A stretch of 64,000 bases of DNA from Candidatus Niyogibacteria bacterium (GTDB taxonomy: Bacteria > Patescibacteriota > Minisyncoccia > JACROR01): NCBI GenBank assembly GCA_016186495.1, contig JACPLO010000010.1, forward strand, positions 26,905-90,904, written 5' to 3'. Below, in pieces: positions 9,176-18,885 of the stretch. The notes beneath the pieces were generated by a model. The model was given only the letters and a program-made list of their open reading frames with translations, was not told the DNA's origin and did not search any database. Each line of letters opens with the position of its first letter. The stretch's first letter is position 1. The translations under genes and the position numbers were made by a program.

Positions 9176-11005
9176 ATGGCTTTACTTGATTTTTTCAAAT
9201 CAAAAAAGAAAGAAGAAAAAGAGGAGGAAATCTTGCCGGTTTTCCCCGCGGAAATTTATGAAGCCGGCGCTTTGGAATTAAAAGACGTCATCGCGCCTTC
9301 CGCTTTTGAAATAAGCTCAAATTTCATAAAAATCGGCAATAAAATCGCTAAAACTATTTTTGTGTATTCTTATCCCCGTTATCTTTCCACGGAATGGTTT
9401 TCCCCGATCATTAACTTGGATCAAATTTTTAATGTTTCTATTTTTATCCATCCCATCAACACCGAAACAGTCCTGAAACAAATGCAGAAAAAAGTGGCGG
9501 AAGTCCAGTCGCAGATCAGCATCCGCGAAGAAAAAGGGCTGGTTCGCGATCCGATTTTAGATACCGCCTTAAACGATCTGGAAAATCTGCGCGACAAACT
9601 CCAGCAAGCCCAGGAAAAACTTTTCAGCGCGGGAATTTACCTTACTATTTACGGCGACACGCTTCAGGAAGCGAACCAAAATGAGGCGGAAATCCGCCAT
9701 ATTTTAAACGCCAAACTGATTCAAACCAAACCTGCTCTTTTTCAGCAACAAGAGGGATTTGACAGTGTTTTGCCGTACGTCACCGACAAACTCCAGATCA
9801 ACAACCGCCTTAATTCCGAGCCTTTGTCTTCTATTTTTCCTTTTGTCTCTTTTGACCTCACCTCGGATAAAGGCATCCTTTACGGCATAAATCGCCACAA
9901 TAACTCGCTGATCCTTTTTGATCGCTTCAGTTTGGAAAATTACAATTCGGTTATCTTTGCCAAAGCCGGCGCCGGAAAATCATACACCACCAAATTAGAA
10001 GTCCTCCGTTCTTTAATGTTCGGCATAGACGTGATGATTATTGACCCGGAAAGAGAGTATGAATATTTGGCGGAAACCGTGGACGGCCGCTATATCAACA
10101 TTTCTTTAACTTCAAAAAATCATATTAATCCTTTTGATTTGCCGATTCCGCGGGAAGATGAATCGCCTTCCGATGTTTTGCGCTCTCATATCATTAATCT
10201 GGTCGGCCTTTTCCGCTTAATGCTGGGAGGATTGACGCCGAAAGAAGACTCTATTTTAGATCAAGCCATCACCGAAACCTACGCCGCCCATGACATTACT
10301 TTTGGAGCGGATTTTACCAAAGTTACGCCGCCTATTCTTTCCGATCTGGAAATGATTCTCGCTTCCACCGAAGGCGGGGAAGGATTGGCCCAGCGCCTGA
10401 AAAAATACACCAGCGGCAGTTGGGCGGGATTTTTAAACCAGCCCACTAACGTTGATATTAATAAACACTTGATTGTTTTTTCCGTCCGGGATATGGAGGA
10501 AGAATTAAAACCCGTGGCTATGTATCTGATCACCCATTATATCTGGAACGCGGTGCGGCTAACTTTAAAAAAACGGCTTTTAATCATTGATGAGGCTTGG
10601 TGGATGATGAAAACAGAGGATGGGGCTTCCTTCCTTTTCGGTTTGGCCAAACGGGCGAGAAAATATTATCTGGGAGTCTGCACCATCACTCAAGATGTCG
10701 GAGATTTTTTAAATTCTCCGTACGGCAAAGCGATTATCACTAATTCCTCAATGCAGCTTCTTTTGCGCCAATCTCCCGCGGCAATGGATCAACTGCAGGA
10801 AACATTCAACCTGACGGATGAAGAAAAATATCTTCTGTTGGAAGCGGACGTGGGCGAAGGCGTCTTTTTTGCCGGTTTAAAACACGTGGCGATAAAAGTG
10901 CTGGCTTCTTACACCGAAGATCAAATCATCACTTCTGATCCGGCCCAAATGCTGGCGATTAAAAAAGCGAAAGAAGAATATCAGCAATCCCAAGAAACGG
11001 GTTAA
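9176..11005 (+). CDS. virB4: VirB4-family type IV secretion ATPase (C-terminal NTPase part)
   Basis: Walker A AKAGAGKSYTTK; Walker B-like LLIIDEAWWMM; 609 aa; combined with 8539..9174 gives ~820 aa, normal for full-length VirB4. Confidence 0.8.
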   Translation: MALLDFFKSKKKEEKEEEILPVFPAEIYEAGALELKDVIAPSAFEISSNFIKIGNKIAKTIFVYSYPRYLSTEWFSPIINLDQIFNVSIFIHPINTETVLKQMQKKVAEVQSQISIREEKGLVRDPILDTALNDLENLRDKLQQAQEKLFSAGIYLTIYGDTLQEANQNEAEIRHILNAKLIQTKPALFQQQEGFDSVLPYVTDKLQINNRLNSEPLSSIFPFVSFDLTSDKGILYGINRHNNSLILFDRFSLENYNSVIFAKAGAGKSYTTKLEVLRSLMFGIDVMIIDPEREYEYLAETVDGRYINISLTSKNHINPFDLPIPREDESPSDVLRSHIINLVGLFRLMLGGLTPKEDSILDQAITETYAAHDITFGADFTKVTPPILSDLEMILASTEGGEGLAQRLKKYTSGSWAGFLNQPTNVDINKHLIVFSVRDMEEELKPVAMYLITHYIWNAVRLTLKKRLLIIDEAWWMMKTEDGASFLFGLAKRARKYYLGVCTITQDVGDFLNSPYGKAIITNSSMQLLLRQSPAAMDQLQETFNLTDEEKYLLLEADVGEGVFFAGLKHVAIKVLASYTEDQIITSDPAQMLAIKKAKEEYQQSQETG

Positions 11006-11034
11006 TTCGTTTTTGATGATTAATTTTTACGACT

Positions 11035-11406
11035 ATGGACGGAGACGAAAATCAAAGATTAATGGAGTTACAGCAAGCGCGGCTGGGAGCGCTGGAAACG
11101 GCAAAAACACCGGCGCAAGAAATGAAAGAAGCGCTTTCTTTCGGAAAAAAAGTTTCCGAACATTGGCTGATTTTGGGAATTGCCGCGCTTTTTGACCTTT
11201 TAGCTCTGATTCCTTTTGCCAGCGTTTTTTTTAATTTTTGTTTCGGCGGCGTTTTATTTTTTTATTTCGGGCCAAAAAGAAAACCGGGCGATTCGGAATT
11301 GGCAAAAATTTTTCTGCCGATAATGGCCGGCAGTATTTTTGATTTTTTTATCAGTATTCTGCCGATTAATATCGCCGCTGCCCTGATTAGAATCGCGCTG
11401 AGTTAA
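11035..11406 (+). CDS. small integral membrane protein
   Basis: 123 aa, 3 hydrophobic helices; within the T4SS-like cluster. Confidence 0.35.
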   Translation: MDGDENQRLMELQQARLGALETAKTPAQEMKEALSFGKKVSEHWLILGIAALFDLLALIPFASVFFNFCFGGVLFFYFGPKRKPGDSELAKIFLPIMAGSIFDFFISILPINIAAALIRIALS

Positions 11407-11421
11407 TTGTTATAATAAAAT

Positions 11422-12405
11422 ATGCCGAATTATCGTAAAAATATCATTTTATTGCTTATTTTATTTATCCTTTTATCGCTGCCCGCTGAAATCAAGGCGA
11501 TCGGCGATGATTTTTTCATCACCTTTCTCCCCGATAATCCAACGCCGAATTCTCCGGTCACCGTTAAACTGAAAAGTTATCAGTTTGACGTTAACCGGGC
11601 GGCGATTACTTGGGAAGTTGACGGAAAAGTCATTGCCGGCGGATTAAGCGAAAAAACTATTCAGCTGACCAGTCCGGATTTAGGCAAAACTAAAAAACTC
11701 ATTGTTTATGTCACCACGGCTGACGGCATTCAAGCCAGCCAAACTTTTATTCTAAACGGCAACGATCTTGATTTTCTTTGGGAAGCGATGACCTCGGTGC
11801 CGGCCGGCTACAAAGGCAAAGCTCTTCCCAGCGCGGGATCAACCGTAAAAGTTTCCGCTATTCCTTATCTCTTTAAAGACAATAAAAAATTATCGCCGGA
11901 AAGTTTAGTTTACGAATGGTCGCTTGATTTTAATAAAAAAATCAGCGCCTCGGGCGCGGGAAAAGATTCTTTTACTTTTTCTCTTGACGGCAATCAAGAC
12001 CGCACAATCGTCTTAAAAGTTTCCGACCGCCTGGAAACAATCAGTTTTGAAAAAGGATTTACCATTTCCGGCGATAATACGCCGCCGGAAATCTTGTTTT
12101 ACGAAGAACATCCTCTGGAAGGGCCGATTTATCGCCGGGCGCTCCTCGAAGAAGTCAGCCTCCGCGCCAACGACTTGGCTCTGCGCGCCGAACCTTTTTA
12201 TTTTTCGCAAGAAAACATCGCTAACCTTTCCTATGAATGGAAAATGAACAATAAGCCGCTGGCTAACGAAGAAAGGCCGCGCGTTTTGAATCTTTTGGCG
12301 CCGGCCCAAAGCGCGGGAAAAACCGCGATTGAAGTTACGATTAAACATCCGGATAAATTTTTACAGTTTGCCGATGCGGCGCTTGATATAATTTTTGGAG
12401 AATAA
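11422..12405 (+). CDS. secreted protein (signal peptide), unknown function
   Basis: 327 aa; N-terminal ILLLILFILLSLPAEIKA signal; beta-rich composition. Confidence 0.4.
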   Translation: MPNYRKNIILLLILFILLSLPAEIKAIGDDFFITFLPDNPTPNSPVTVKLKSYQFDVNRAAITWEVDGKVIAGGLSEKTIQLTSPDLGKTKKLIVYVTTADGIQASQTFILNGNDLDFLWEAMTSVPAGYKGKALPSAGSTVKVSAIPYLFKDNKKLSPESLVYEWSLDFNKKISASGAGKDSFTFSLDGNQDRTIVLKVSDRLETISFEKGFTISGDNTPPEILFYEEHPLEGPIYRRALLEEVSLRANDLALRAEPFYFSQENIANLSYEWKMNNKPLANEERPRVLNLLAPAQSAGKTAIEVTIKHPDKFLQFADAALDIIFGE

Positions 12406-12413
12406 ACCTTGTC

Positions 12414-13007
12414 ATGAATAAATCAAAACAAATAATTTTAATAACAGTTTTGTTAGCCGCGATTTTCATTCCGCTGATTTTTGTTTCTAGCGCTTACACG
12501 CCAATGGAGCCGCTTCCCGGTATTAAAAAAGATACAGCGGTTAATCTAACCGACTATCTATCCGCTCTTTTTAAATATGCCATTACCGTGGCCGCGGTTT
12601 TAGCGGTCATAATGATTGTCATCGGCGGAATGCAGTATATCGGCGCCAGCGGCAACACCAGTGTGGTTGAAGACGCCAAAGACCGGATTTATTGGGCGAT
12701 TGTCGGCCTGATTTTAGCGCTCGGCTCCTGGCTGATTTTAAATACCATTAACCCAAATTTAAAAAACTTAGAATTAAAAGGAATAGAAAAGCAAAGTATA
12801 AAAGACATAACAACAACTGAACTCTTTAGTGAAATTAATGGAAATATTAGCACTGTTGAAAAAAAATCTGCTGAATATCAATGGAAGTCAGCACCTTATG
12901 GAAAAGATTGCGCTGATATTATACCGGGTTGTGTAGGCGTTGATTCAAAAAAATGTGGAGAAACAAAGCCCGCTGAAAAAAATATATGCTGTGCTTGTCC
13001 TAACTAA
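12414..13007 (+). CDS. TrbC/VirB2-like T4SS pilin candidate with Cys-rich C-terminal tail
   Basis: 197 aa; signal-like N-terminus, two hydrophobic helices separated by a GASGNTS loop (the VirB2/TrbC hairpin architecture); C-terminal CxxxxxGC...CC.C cluster. Confidence 0.45.
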   Translation: MNKSKQIILITVLLAAIFIPLIFVSSAYTPMEPLPGIKKDTAVNLTDYLSALFKYAITVAAVLAVIMIVIGGMQYIGASGNTSVVEDAKDRIYWAIVGLILALGSWLILNTINPNLKNLELKGIEKQSIKDITTTELFSEINGNISTVEKKSAEYQWKSAPYGKDCADIIPGCVGVDSKKCGETKPAEKNICCACPN

Positions 13008-13035
13008 TAATTTAATTTTATTTGTATTTTAATTT

Positions 13036-14208
13036 ATGATAACAAACCGCAAAAAAATAATTATTGTTGTTTCCGGCGCCGTTAGCCTGATTATTTTAGG
13101 ATTGATTTTGATTTACTTTTTACTTTTCCGAAGCGTGCCAACGGCGGAACGGGGAGTGATCGGCCGGCTGTTTCCCGCGGCTGAAGAAAAAGAACAATCA
13201 TTCGCTGAAACCATCCTTGGGACAGAACAAAAAGAGGAAAAAATCAAAAAAAGTTTAACCCAACTGACCACGGTCGCGGTCACCGGCTTAAAAGCAATTT
13301 CCAACGGCCGCGTGCGCTACCTGGAAAAAGCCACAGGCCATCTTTATGAAATAGGCGGCGACGGCGAAGAACGGGTGCGGATTTCCAACACCACGATTCC
13401 GAAAATATCCGACGCTTTCTGGTCCGCGGACGCGGACAAAGCAATTTTAAGCATTTTTGACGATGAAAACATTAAATATTTTTCCGCGGTTTTTACCGGC
13501 ACCAGTACCCAAGGAGTGTTTTTGCTTCCGGATATCAATCTCGGCGGATACGCGCCGCGAAAAGACCAGTTTTTATACGGCGCGGCAATCAACGGACGCA
13601 ATTCTTTAATTACCGCTGATCCGAAAAATGCCAAACAAACTAAAATTTACAGCACTCCTTTCGGCGATTTTTCAATCAGCTGGCCCGCGGAAAACGCGAT
13701 CAGCCTGCTGACCCGGCCTTCTGGAACAACCGAAGGTTATCTATATAAAATCAACCCGCAGACCGGCATTTTCAGCAAAATCATCGGCGGCTTAAGAGGA
13801 CTGGAAGCGCTTTGGTCTCCGGACGGAGAAAAAATTTTAATTTCCCAAATCTTGCCGGCTAACGGAGAAATAGTTTCTTCTCTTATTTCCGCTCAAGGAA
13901 AAGAAATTAGTTTAGGGCCGAAAACCATGGCTTCCAAATGCGCTTGGGCCGCCACCACCACGGCCAGCGTAATTTATTGCGGCGTTCCGGTTTATTTTCC
14001 AGCCGGCGTTTATCCCGATGATTGGTTTAAAGGAAAAATATCGTTTAACGACCGTTTGTTCAAAATAAACACCGCTTTTCCGGAAACAGGAGAAATTCTA
14101 ACGGAACAAACTTTTGACATAGAAAAAATAACTGTTGATCCAAAAAGCCACTATCTTTATTTCACGGATAAAAAAGACGAAACTTTATGGGGATTGAAAT
14201 TAGATTAA
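13036..14208 (+). CDS. membrane-anchored TolB-like beta-propeller (PD40 repeat) protein
   Basis: N-terminal TM; LWSPDGEKILIS-type PD40 repeats. Confidence 0.45.
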   Translation: MITNRKKIIIVVSGAVSLIILGLILIYFLLFRSVPTAERGVIGRLFPAAEEKEQSFAETILGTEQKEEKIKKSLTQLTTVAVTGLKAISNGRVRYLEKATGHLYEIGGDGEERVRISNTTIPKISDAFWSADADKAILSIFDDENIKYFSAVFTGTSTQGVFLLPDINLGGYAPRKDQFLYGAAINGRNSLITADPKNAKQTKIYSTPFGDFSISWPAENAISLLTRPSGTTEGYLYKINPQTGIFSKIIGGLRGLEALWSPDGEKILISQILPANGEIVSSLISAQGKEISLGPKTMASKCAWAATTTASVIYCGVPVYFPAGVYPDDWFKGKISFNDRLFKINTAFPETGEILTEQTFDIEKITVDPKSHYLYFTDKKDETLWGLKLD

Positions 14209-14227
14209 CGCTTTTGAAATTGAAAAT

Positions 14228-14731
14228 TTATAAATATGGCTTGATAACCACCCGCCGATTAGGTTCTTCCCCAATGCTTTCCGTAAGAATATCCGGACAT
14301 TCGGTCAGAACAGAATGGATAACGCGCCGCTCATAAGCGTTCATCGGCGGCATTAAAATTTCTTTTTTAAAATATCTGACTTTCTGGGCGTTCATTTTAG
14401 CCATATCCTCCAAAGATTCATTTTTTTGTTTTTGGTAATCATTGACATCTAAAAAAAACTGAGGAACATCATCTTCAGTTATATTTATTTTGGCGATTTT
14501 TTTCACCAAATGATTTAAAGCCGCCAAGTTAGCGCCGTTATTTCCGATAAGCATTCCGGCATTTTTCGTTTTAAGGGTAAATCTAACGCCGGCTGAAGAA
14601 AAATTTTCTTCCACTTCCGCGATTATTCCCATTTTTTCAACCAAGATTCGGATAATTTCTTTGACTTGAGCGGAAATTTCTTTTTTAACCGGAATGGTCT
14701 GGGGGCGGAGCGGTTTGAGCAAATTGTCCAT
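14228..14731 (-). CDS. jag: Jag/KhpB-like RNA-binding protein (KH + R3H)
   Basis: 167 aa; NAYERRVIHSVL...EPNRRVVIKP R3H motif; immediately downstream of yidC, as in the standard oriC-region operon. Confidence 0.7.
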   Translation of the reverse strand: MDNLLKPLRPQTIPVKKEISAQVKEIIRILVEKMGIIAEVEENFSSAGVRFTLKTKNAGMLIGNNGANLAALNHLVKKIAKINITEDDVPQFFLDVNDYQKQKNESLEDMAKMNAQKVRYFKKEILMPPMNAYERRVIHSVLTECPDILTESIGEEPNRRVVIKPYL

Positions 14732-15452
14732 ATTGTATTTTTTTTGCTTTATATCTTACGATGCCTTCGTGAATTATAGTAAAAATATTCGTTGTTGTCC
14801 AATACAAAGCCACGGCCGCCGGAAAATTATAAGCAAAAATTCCGATAAAAACCGGCAGAACGTAAATCATCTGAATTTTCATCGCGCGGCTGAAATCTCC
14901 CTTTAAAGATTCGTTTGATTTTTTTTCAGAAGAAAAAGACGGCGGCTGCGTTAATTTTGCCTGAATAAATTGGGATAAGCCGGCGGTAATCGCTAAAAAT
15001 AAGCTGGCCGCGCCCAAATCAATCAATCCCAAGAATTTCATCCGCGTTATTTCAGGAAAAGCAATAAAAGAATAAAGATGGCCTTGCGTTAAATTTAAAC
15101 CTCGCCAAAAAAGACGATAAAGAGCGATTAAAATAGGAAATTGAACAAATAACACTAAAAATCCGGAGAAAGGATTTATGCCGTGTTGGCGATAAAGTTC
15201 CATTATTTTTTTAGCCTGCTCTTCTTTATTCGGATGTCTGGCCCGCAATTCTTTTATTTCCGGCTCAATCTCTTTCATTTTAAATTGAGTTTTAATTGAA
15301 TGATGAGTTAAAGGAAAAAGAGCGCTTCTGATTAAAACTGTCAGCCCGATAATCGCCAAACCCGCATCGCGCCCGGGCATAATGCTGATTAAAAAAATTA
15401 AAGCGTTAAAAAGAGGGCGGGAGAGAAATTCGGTATAAATAAAAGAAAACAT
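14685..15452 (-). CDS. yidC: membrane protein insertase YidC (short Gram-positive type)
   Basis: 255 aa; ...HGINPFSGFLVLFVQFPILIALYRLF..., YidC/Oxa1 core; operon position. Confidence 0.8.
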   Translation of the reverse strand: MFSFIYTEFLSRPLFNALIFLISIMPGRDAGLAIIGLTVLIRSALFPLTHHSIKTQFKMKEIEPEIKELRARHPNKEEQAKKIMELYRQHGINPFSGFLVLFVQFPILIALYRLFWRGLNLTQGHLYSFIAFPEITRMKFLGLIDLGAASLFLAITAGLSQFIQAKLTQPPSFSSEKKSNESLKGDFSRAMKIQMIYVLPVFIGIFAYNFPAAVALYWTTTNIFTIIHEGIVRYKAKKIQYGQFAQTAPPPDHSG

Positions 15453-15461
15453 AATTTCCTG

Positions 15462-15800
15462 ATTATTTTAATAATTTTGCTTTTTTAAAAATTTCTAAAA
15501 TATTTTTTTCAAGTTCAAGATAAGAAAGTTCGGTTGCTCCTTTTTTAAAAACTAAAATTATTGCCCCGCCTTCTTTTAAATCAGGCAAATAACGCCTGAT
15601 AATGGAATAAGAACGTCTTCTTAATTTATTTCTCGCCACGGCTTTTTGCCGGCCTTTTTTGAAATCACGCAGGCAAACTTGCTGTGATCTCGGCTGATTT
15701 TCAGATAAACCGTCAAATAATCGGTGAAAAATCTCTTCCCGGTCCGATAAATAAGAAAAAAAACATCCCTGCCTTTCAGTTTGCGGGATTTAGGCAGCAT
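15462..15800 (-). pseudogene. rnpA: RNase P protein component, interrupted by a 1-nt frameshift near 15621-15630
   Basis: Manual translation: MLPKSRKLKGRDVFFLIYRTGKRFFTDYLTVYLKISRDHSKFACVISKKAGKKPWREIN* (59 aa), then the RnpA-like C-terminal part (KLRRRSYSIIRRYLPDLKEGGAIILVFKKGATELSYLEL...) continues in another frame; total span 338 nt, not a multiple of 3. Confidence 0.5.
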
Positions 15801-15806
15801 AAAAAA

Positions 15807-15942
15807 CTAAACCGCCAGCCGTTGACGCCCCTTTCTTCTTCTTTTTTTAATAATTTTACGGCCGCTGGTATTTTTTTTTCTTTTTAAAAAACCATGAGTG
15901 CGAGCGCGTTTTCTTTTTTTAGGCTGATAAGTAATAGACATA
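15807..15942 (-). CDS. rpmH: 50S ribosomal protein L34
   Basis: Manual translation [44 protein letters not shown]; classic rpmH-rnpA-yidC-jag order. Confidence 0.75.
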
Positions 15943-15986
15943 TAAATACTATACAATATATCAGATTTAAAAACAATTTTTACAGG

Positions 15987-15995
15987 TTATCCACA
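15987..15995 (+). promoter_or_regulatory. Perfect DnaA box TTATCCACA upstream of dnaA
   Basis: exact 9-mer read from sequence, 113 bp upstream of the dnaA start. Confidence 0.5.
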
Positions 15996-16107
15996 TTATA
16001 TTAAGATTTTATGATGGTTTTTAATAAAAACAAACATTTGTCTAAACCGGATTTTAATTAGATAATTAAAAAATCAACATTGTAAAAAAATAATTGAAAA
16101 ATAAATC

Positions 16108-17475
16108 ATGACCAATGAAGAACTTTGGAAAGCGGCTTTAAATGAAATTGAACTGGAAGTTTCAAGAGCTAATTTTATTACCTGGTTTAAAAATACGCAG
16201 ATTGCTGAAAATAAAGAAGGGGTTATCACCATTAACGTTCCCAATACTTTTATTAAAGAATGGCTGGAAGATAAATACCAAAAATTAATCTTAAAATCTT
16301 TACGCAATTATCATCAGGAAATTAGAAATATTTCTTACAATATTGTCGCGCACGCCAATCCTAATCTTAATATGAATTACTTGCTTCTTAAAAAACAGAA
16401 ATCCGCTCCTCTGCCGGAAACCCAGCTGGAATTTAAAGAATTTCAAAATAATAATGAAACCGGCCTTAATCACCGTTACACTCTTGATTCTTTTATCGTG
16501 GGATCTTTTAATGAATTAGCGCACGCCGCTTCCGTGGCGGTCACAAAAAATATCGGCACTCTTTATAATCCTCTTTTTATTTATGGCGGCGTGGGACTTG
16601 GAAAAACCCATCTTATCCAGGCAACCGGAAATGAAATTAAAAAAAACAATCCCGCGGCTAAAATAAAATATGTGACTTCTGAAAAATTTACCAGTGAAGT
16701 GGTGGATGCCATCCAAAAAAACGAAATGCCGGCTTTTAAAACAAAATATCGGGGATATGATGTTTTAATCATTGACGACGTCCAATTTTTTTCCCGAACC
16801 GTTCAGGGGCAAGAACAGCTTTTTCACACTTTCAACACTCTTTATGACAGCAACAAGCAAATAATTTTATCCGCCGACCGTCCGCCGCGCTCAATCGGCG
16901 ACATTGAAGAAAGATTAAGATCACGTTTTGAAGGCGGGATTATGACCGACGTTTCCGAACCGGAATATGAATCAAGGTTAGCAATTTTAAAAGTAAAAAG
17001 TTCCGCTAAAAATCACTATCTTTTAGATGAAACTTTGGAATATATTGCCTCCAGCGTTAAACATAATATCAGGGAATTGGAGGGAGCTTTAACTTTAGTG
17101 ATCGCTAAAGAAAAATTAATAGGCCGTCCTTTGAATTTAGACCAAGTAAAAGAAATTTTAAATAAAAACACTCAGCCAAAAAAACTTTTAACCGCGACGC
17201 AAATTATTAAAACCGTGGCTAATTATTATAATATTGAAGAAAAAAATTTATTTAAAAAAACCAGAAAAAAAGAAATAGTCAAACCCCGCCAAGTGGCGAT
17301 GTATCTTTTACGCGAAGATTTTAACGGCTCTTATCCTTATATCGGCCAAAAATTCGGCGGGCGCGACCACACCACCGCCATTCATTCTTGCGAAAAAATT
17401 ATTGAAGATTTAAAAAAAGATGAGCGTTTAATAGAAGAAATAAAAAAAATAAGAGAAATCCTTTACACTAATTAA
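16108..17475 (+). CDS. dnaA: chromosomal replication initiator DnaA
   Basis: 455 aa; AAA+ Walker A GGVGLGKTHL; C-terminal DnaA-box binding HTH (QVAMYLLRE...GGRDHTTAIH). Confidence 0.95.
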   Translation: MTNEELWKAALNEIELEVSRANFITWFKNTQIAENKEGVITINVPNTFIKEWLEDKYQKLILKSLRNYHQEIRNISYNIVAHANPNLNMNYLLLKKQKSAPLPETQLEFKEFQNNNETGLNHRYTLDSFIVGSFNELAHAASVAVTKNIGTLYNPLFIYGGVGLGKTHLIQATGNEIKKNNPAAKIKYVTSEKFTSEVVDAIQKNEMPAFKTKYRGYDVLIIDDVQFFSRTVQGQEQLFHTFNTLYDSNKQIILSADRPPRSIGDIEERLRSRFEGGIMTDVSEPEYESRLAILKVKSSAKNHYLLDETLEYIASSVKHNIRELEGALTLVIAKEKLIGRPLNLDQVKEILNKNTQPKKLLTATQIIKTVANYYNIEEKNLFKKTRKKEIVKPRQVAMYLLREDFNGSYPYIGQKFGGRDHTTAIHSCEKIIEDLKKDERLIEEIKKIREILYTN

Positions 17476-17759
17476 AAATATAAGTAAATTTATTATAAAA
17501 TATTTTTAATAAAACATAGTAAAAAGTGTTGAAAAATATGTTAATAAATTATTTAAAAAATAAAAAACAATAATTTAATTTAAATAAAAATTAATTTTTT
17601 AAAAAAAATCTTCTTATTTTCCCCAAGTTATTAATAAAATAAATAATTAAAAACATTAAAATTAAAGGTTAATTTAAACATTTCCCCATTTCCACAGTTT
17701 TATATATAATAATAATAATTTTTAATTTAAAATTAATTAATTAATTATTATAAATAATT
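17476..17759. other. extremely AT-rich dnaA-dnaN spacer, candidate DNA-unwinding element of oriC
   Basis: 284 bp composed almost entirely of A/T runs between dnaA and dnaN. Confidence 0.5.
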
Positions 17760-18860
17760 ATGAAAATTACTTGTTTTAAAAATCATCTGAAAGAAAAATT
17801 ATTTTTTGCGGAAAAAAATGCCGCTAAAATTTCCAATATACCGGTTTTAAGCGGTGTTTATTTAGAAACTGATAAAAATAGTTTAAAAATAATTTCCACT
17901 AATTTAGAAACCGGTTTTGAAGCGGTGATTCCCGCTAAAATTCATCAAGAAGGTAAAATAATAATTCCGGCTAAGATAATAACACAATTAATTAATACTT
18001 TATCTGATGAAAAAATAACTTTAGAATCAATCGGACAAAATATTAATCTCTCAACTGAAAAAATTTCCAGTTTAATAAAAGGATATCCTCTTGAAGATTT
18101 TCCTAGTTTGCCTAAAATAAAAAAATCTTATATTTTTACCATTTCTTCCCAAGAATTAAATCAAGGATTAAAATTAGTTTGCAATGCCGCTTCTAATTCT
18201 GGTTTAAAACCAGAAATCGCCAGTATTCTTTTTTATATTCAAAATAAAAATCCTTTAAAATTAGTGGCCACTGATTCTTTTCGTTTAGCGGAAAAAACTT
18301 TAAACTGCGCGGTAAAAAACGCGGAATCTTTTATTTTACCGATAAAAAGCGCGGTTGAAATTATTAAATTATTAGAAAATAAAGAAGAAGATATTCAAAT
18401 TTCTTTTAATCTGAATCAAATAAATTTTTCCGGAAAAGATTTTAATTTTATTTCCCGTTTAATTGAAGGTGTTTTTCCGAGTTATGAATCAATTATTCCA
18501 AAAAAATTCTGCACCGAGGTGTTGATAAAAAAAGACCAGTTAATTGACGCTTTTCGTTCCGCCAGTATTTTTTCCAGTTATTTAAATGAAATAACTTTAA
18601 ATATCGTTCCGGAGGATAATTTAATGGAAATCAGAACTAAATCCGGAGAAATAGGGGAGCACACCTCGCAATTAAACGTTAAAATAACCGGCGAAAAAAT
18701 CAGTTTAAATTTTAATTATTATTATCTTTTAGACGGTCTTCAGAATATCAATCATTCCGAGGTTTTACTTAGGTTTAGCGGTGAAAATCATCCGCTTTTA
18801 ATTCAATTTCCCGGCGACTCTTCTTATTTTTATCTGGTGATGCCGATGAAAAATACTTAA
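17760..18860 (+). CDS. dnaN: DNA polymerase III beta sliding clamp
   Basis: 366 aa; three-domain clamp length; position after dnaA. Confidence 0.85.
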   Translation: MKITCFKNHLKEKLFFAEKNAAKISNIPVLSGVYLETDKNSLKIISTNLETGFEAVIPAKIHQEGKIIIPAKIITQLINTLSDEKITLESIGQNINLSTEKISSLIKGYPLEDFPSLPKIKKSYIFTISSQELNQGLKLVCNAASNSGLKPEIASILFYIQNKNPLKLVATDSFRLAEKTLNCAVKNAESFILPIKSAVEIIKLLENKEEDIQISFNLNQINFSGKDFNFISRLIEGVFPSYESIIPKKFCTEVLIKKDQLIDAFRSASIFSSYLNEITLNIVPEDNLMEIRTKSGEIGEHTSQLNVKITGEKISLNFNYYYLLDGLQNINHSEVLLRFSGENHPLLIQFPGDSSYFYLVMPMKNT

Positions 18861-18885
18861 AACCAGTCTTAAAAATAACTTTTAA

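Noticed and set aside
12047-12348. Overlapping ORFs inside 11422..12405 on both strands
   Set aside because: These are shadow ORFs within a longer co-directional gene of a tightly packed operon. There is no independent evidence for them.
17680-17700. Possible DnaA boxes (TTTCCACAG) in the dnaA-dnaN spacer
   Set aside because: They are 8-mers that deviate from TTATCCACA by a deletion or mismatch. I cannot call them boxes from sequence alone. Only the perfect boxes at 15987 and 955 are reported.
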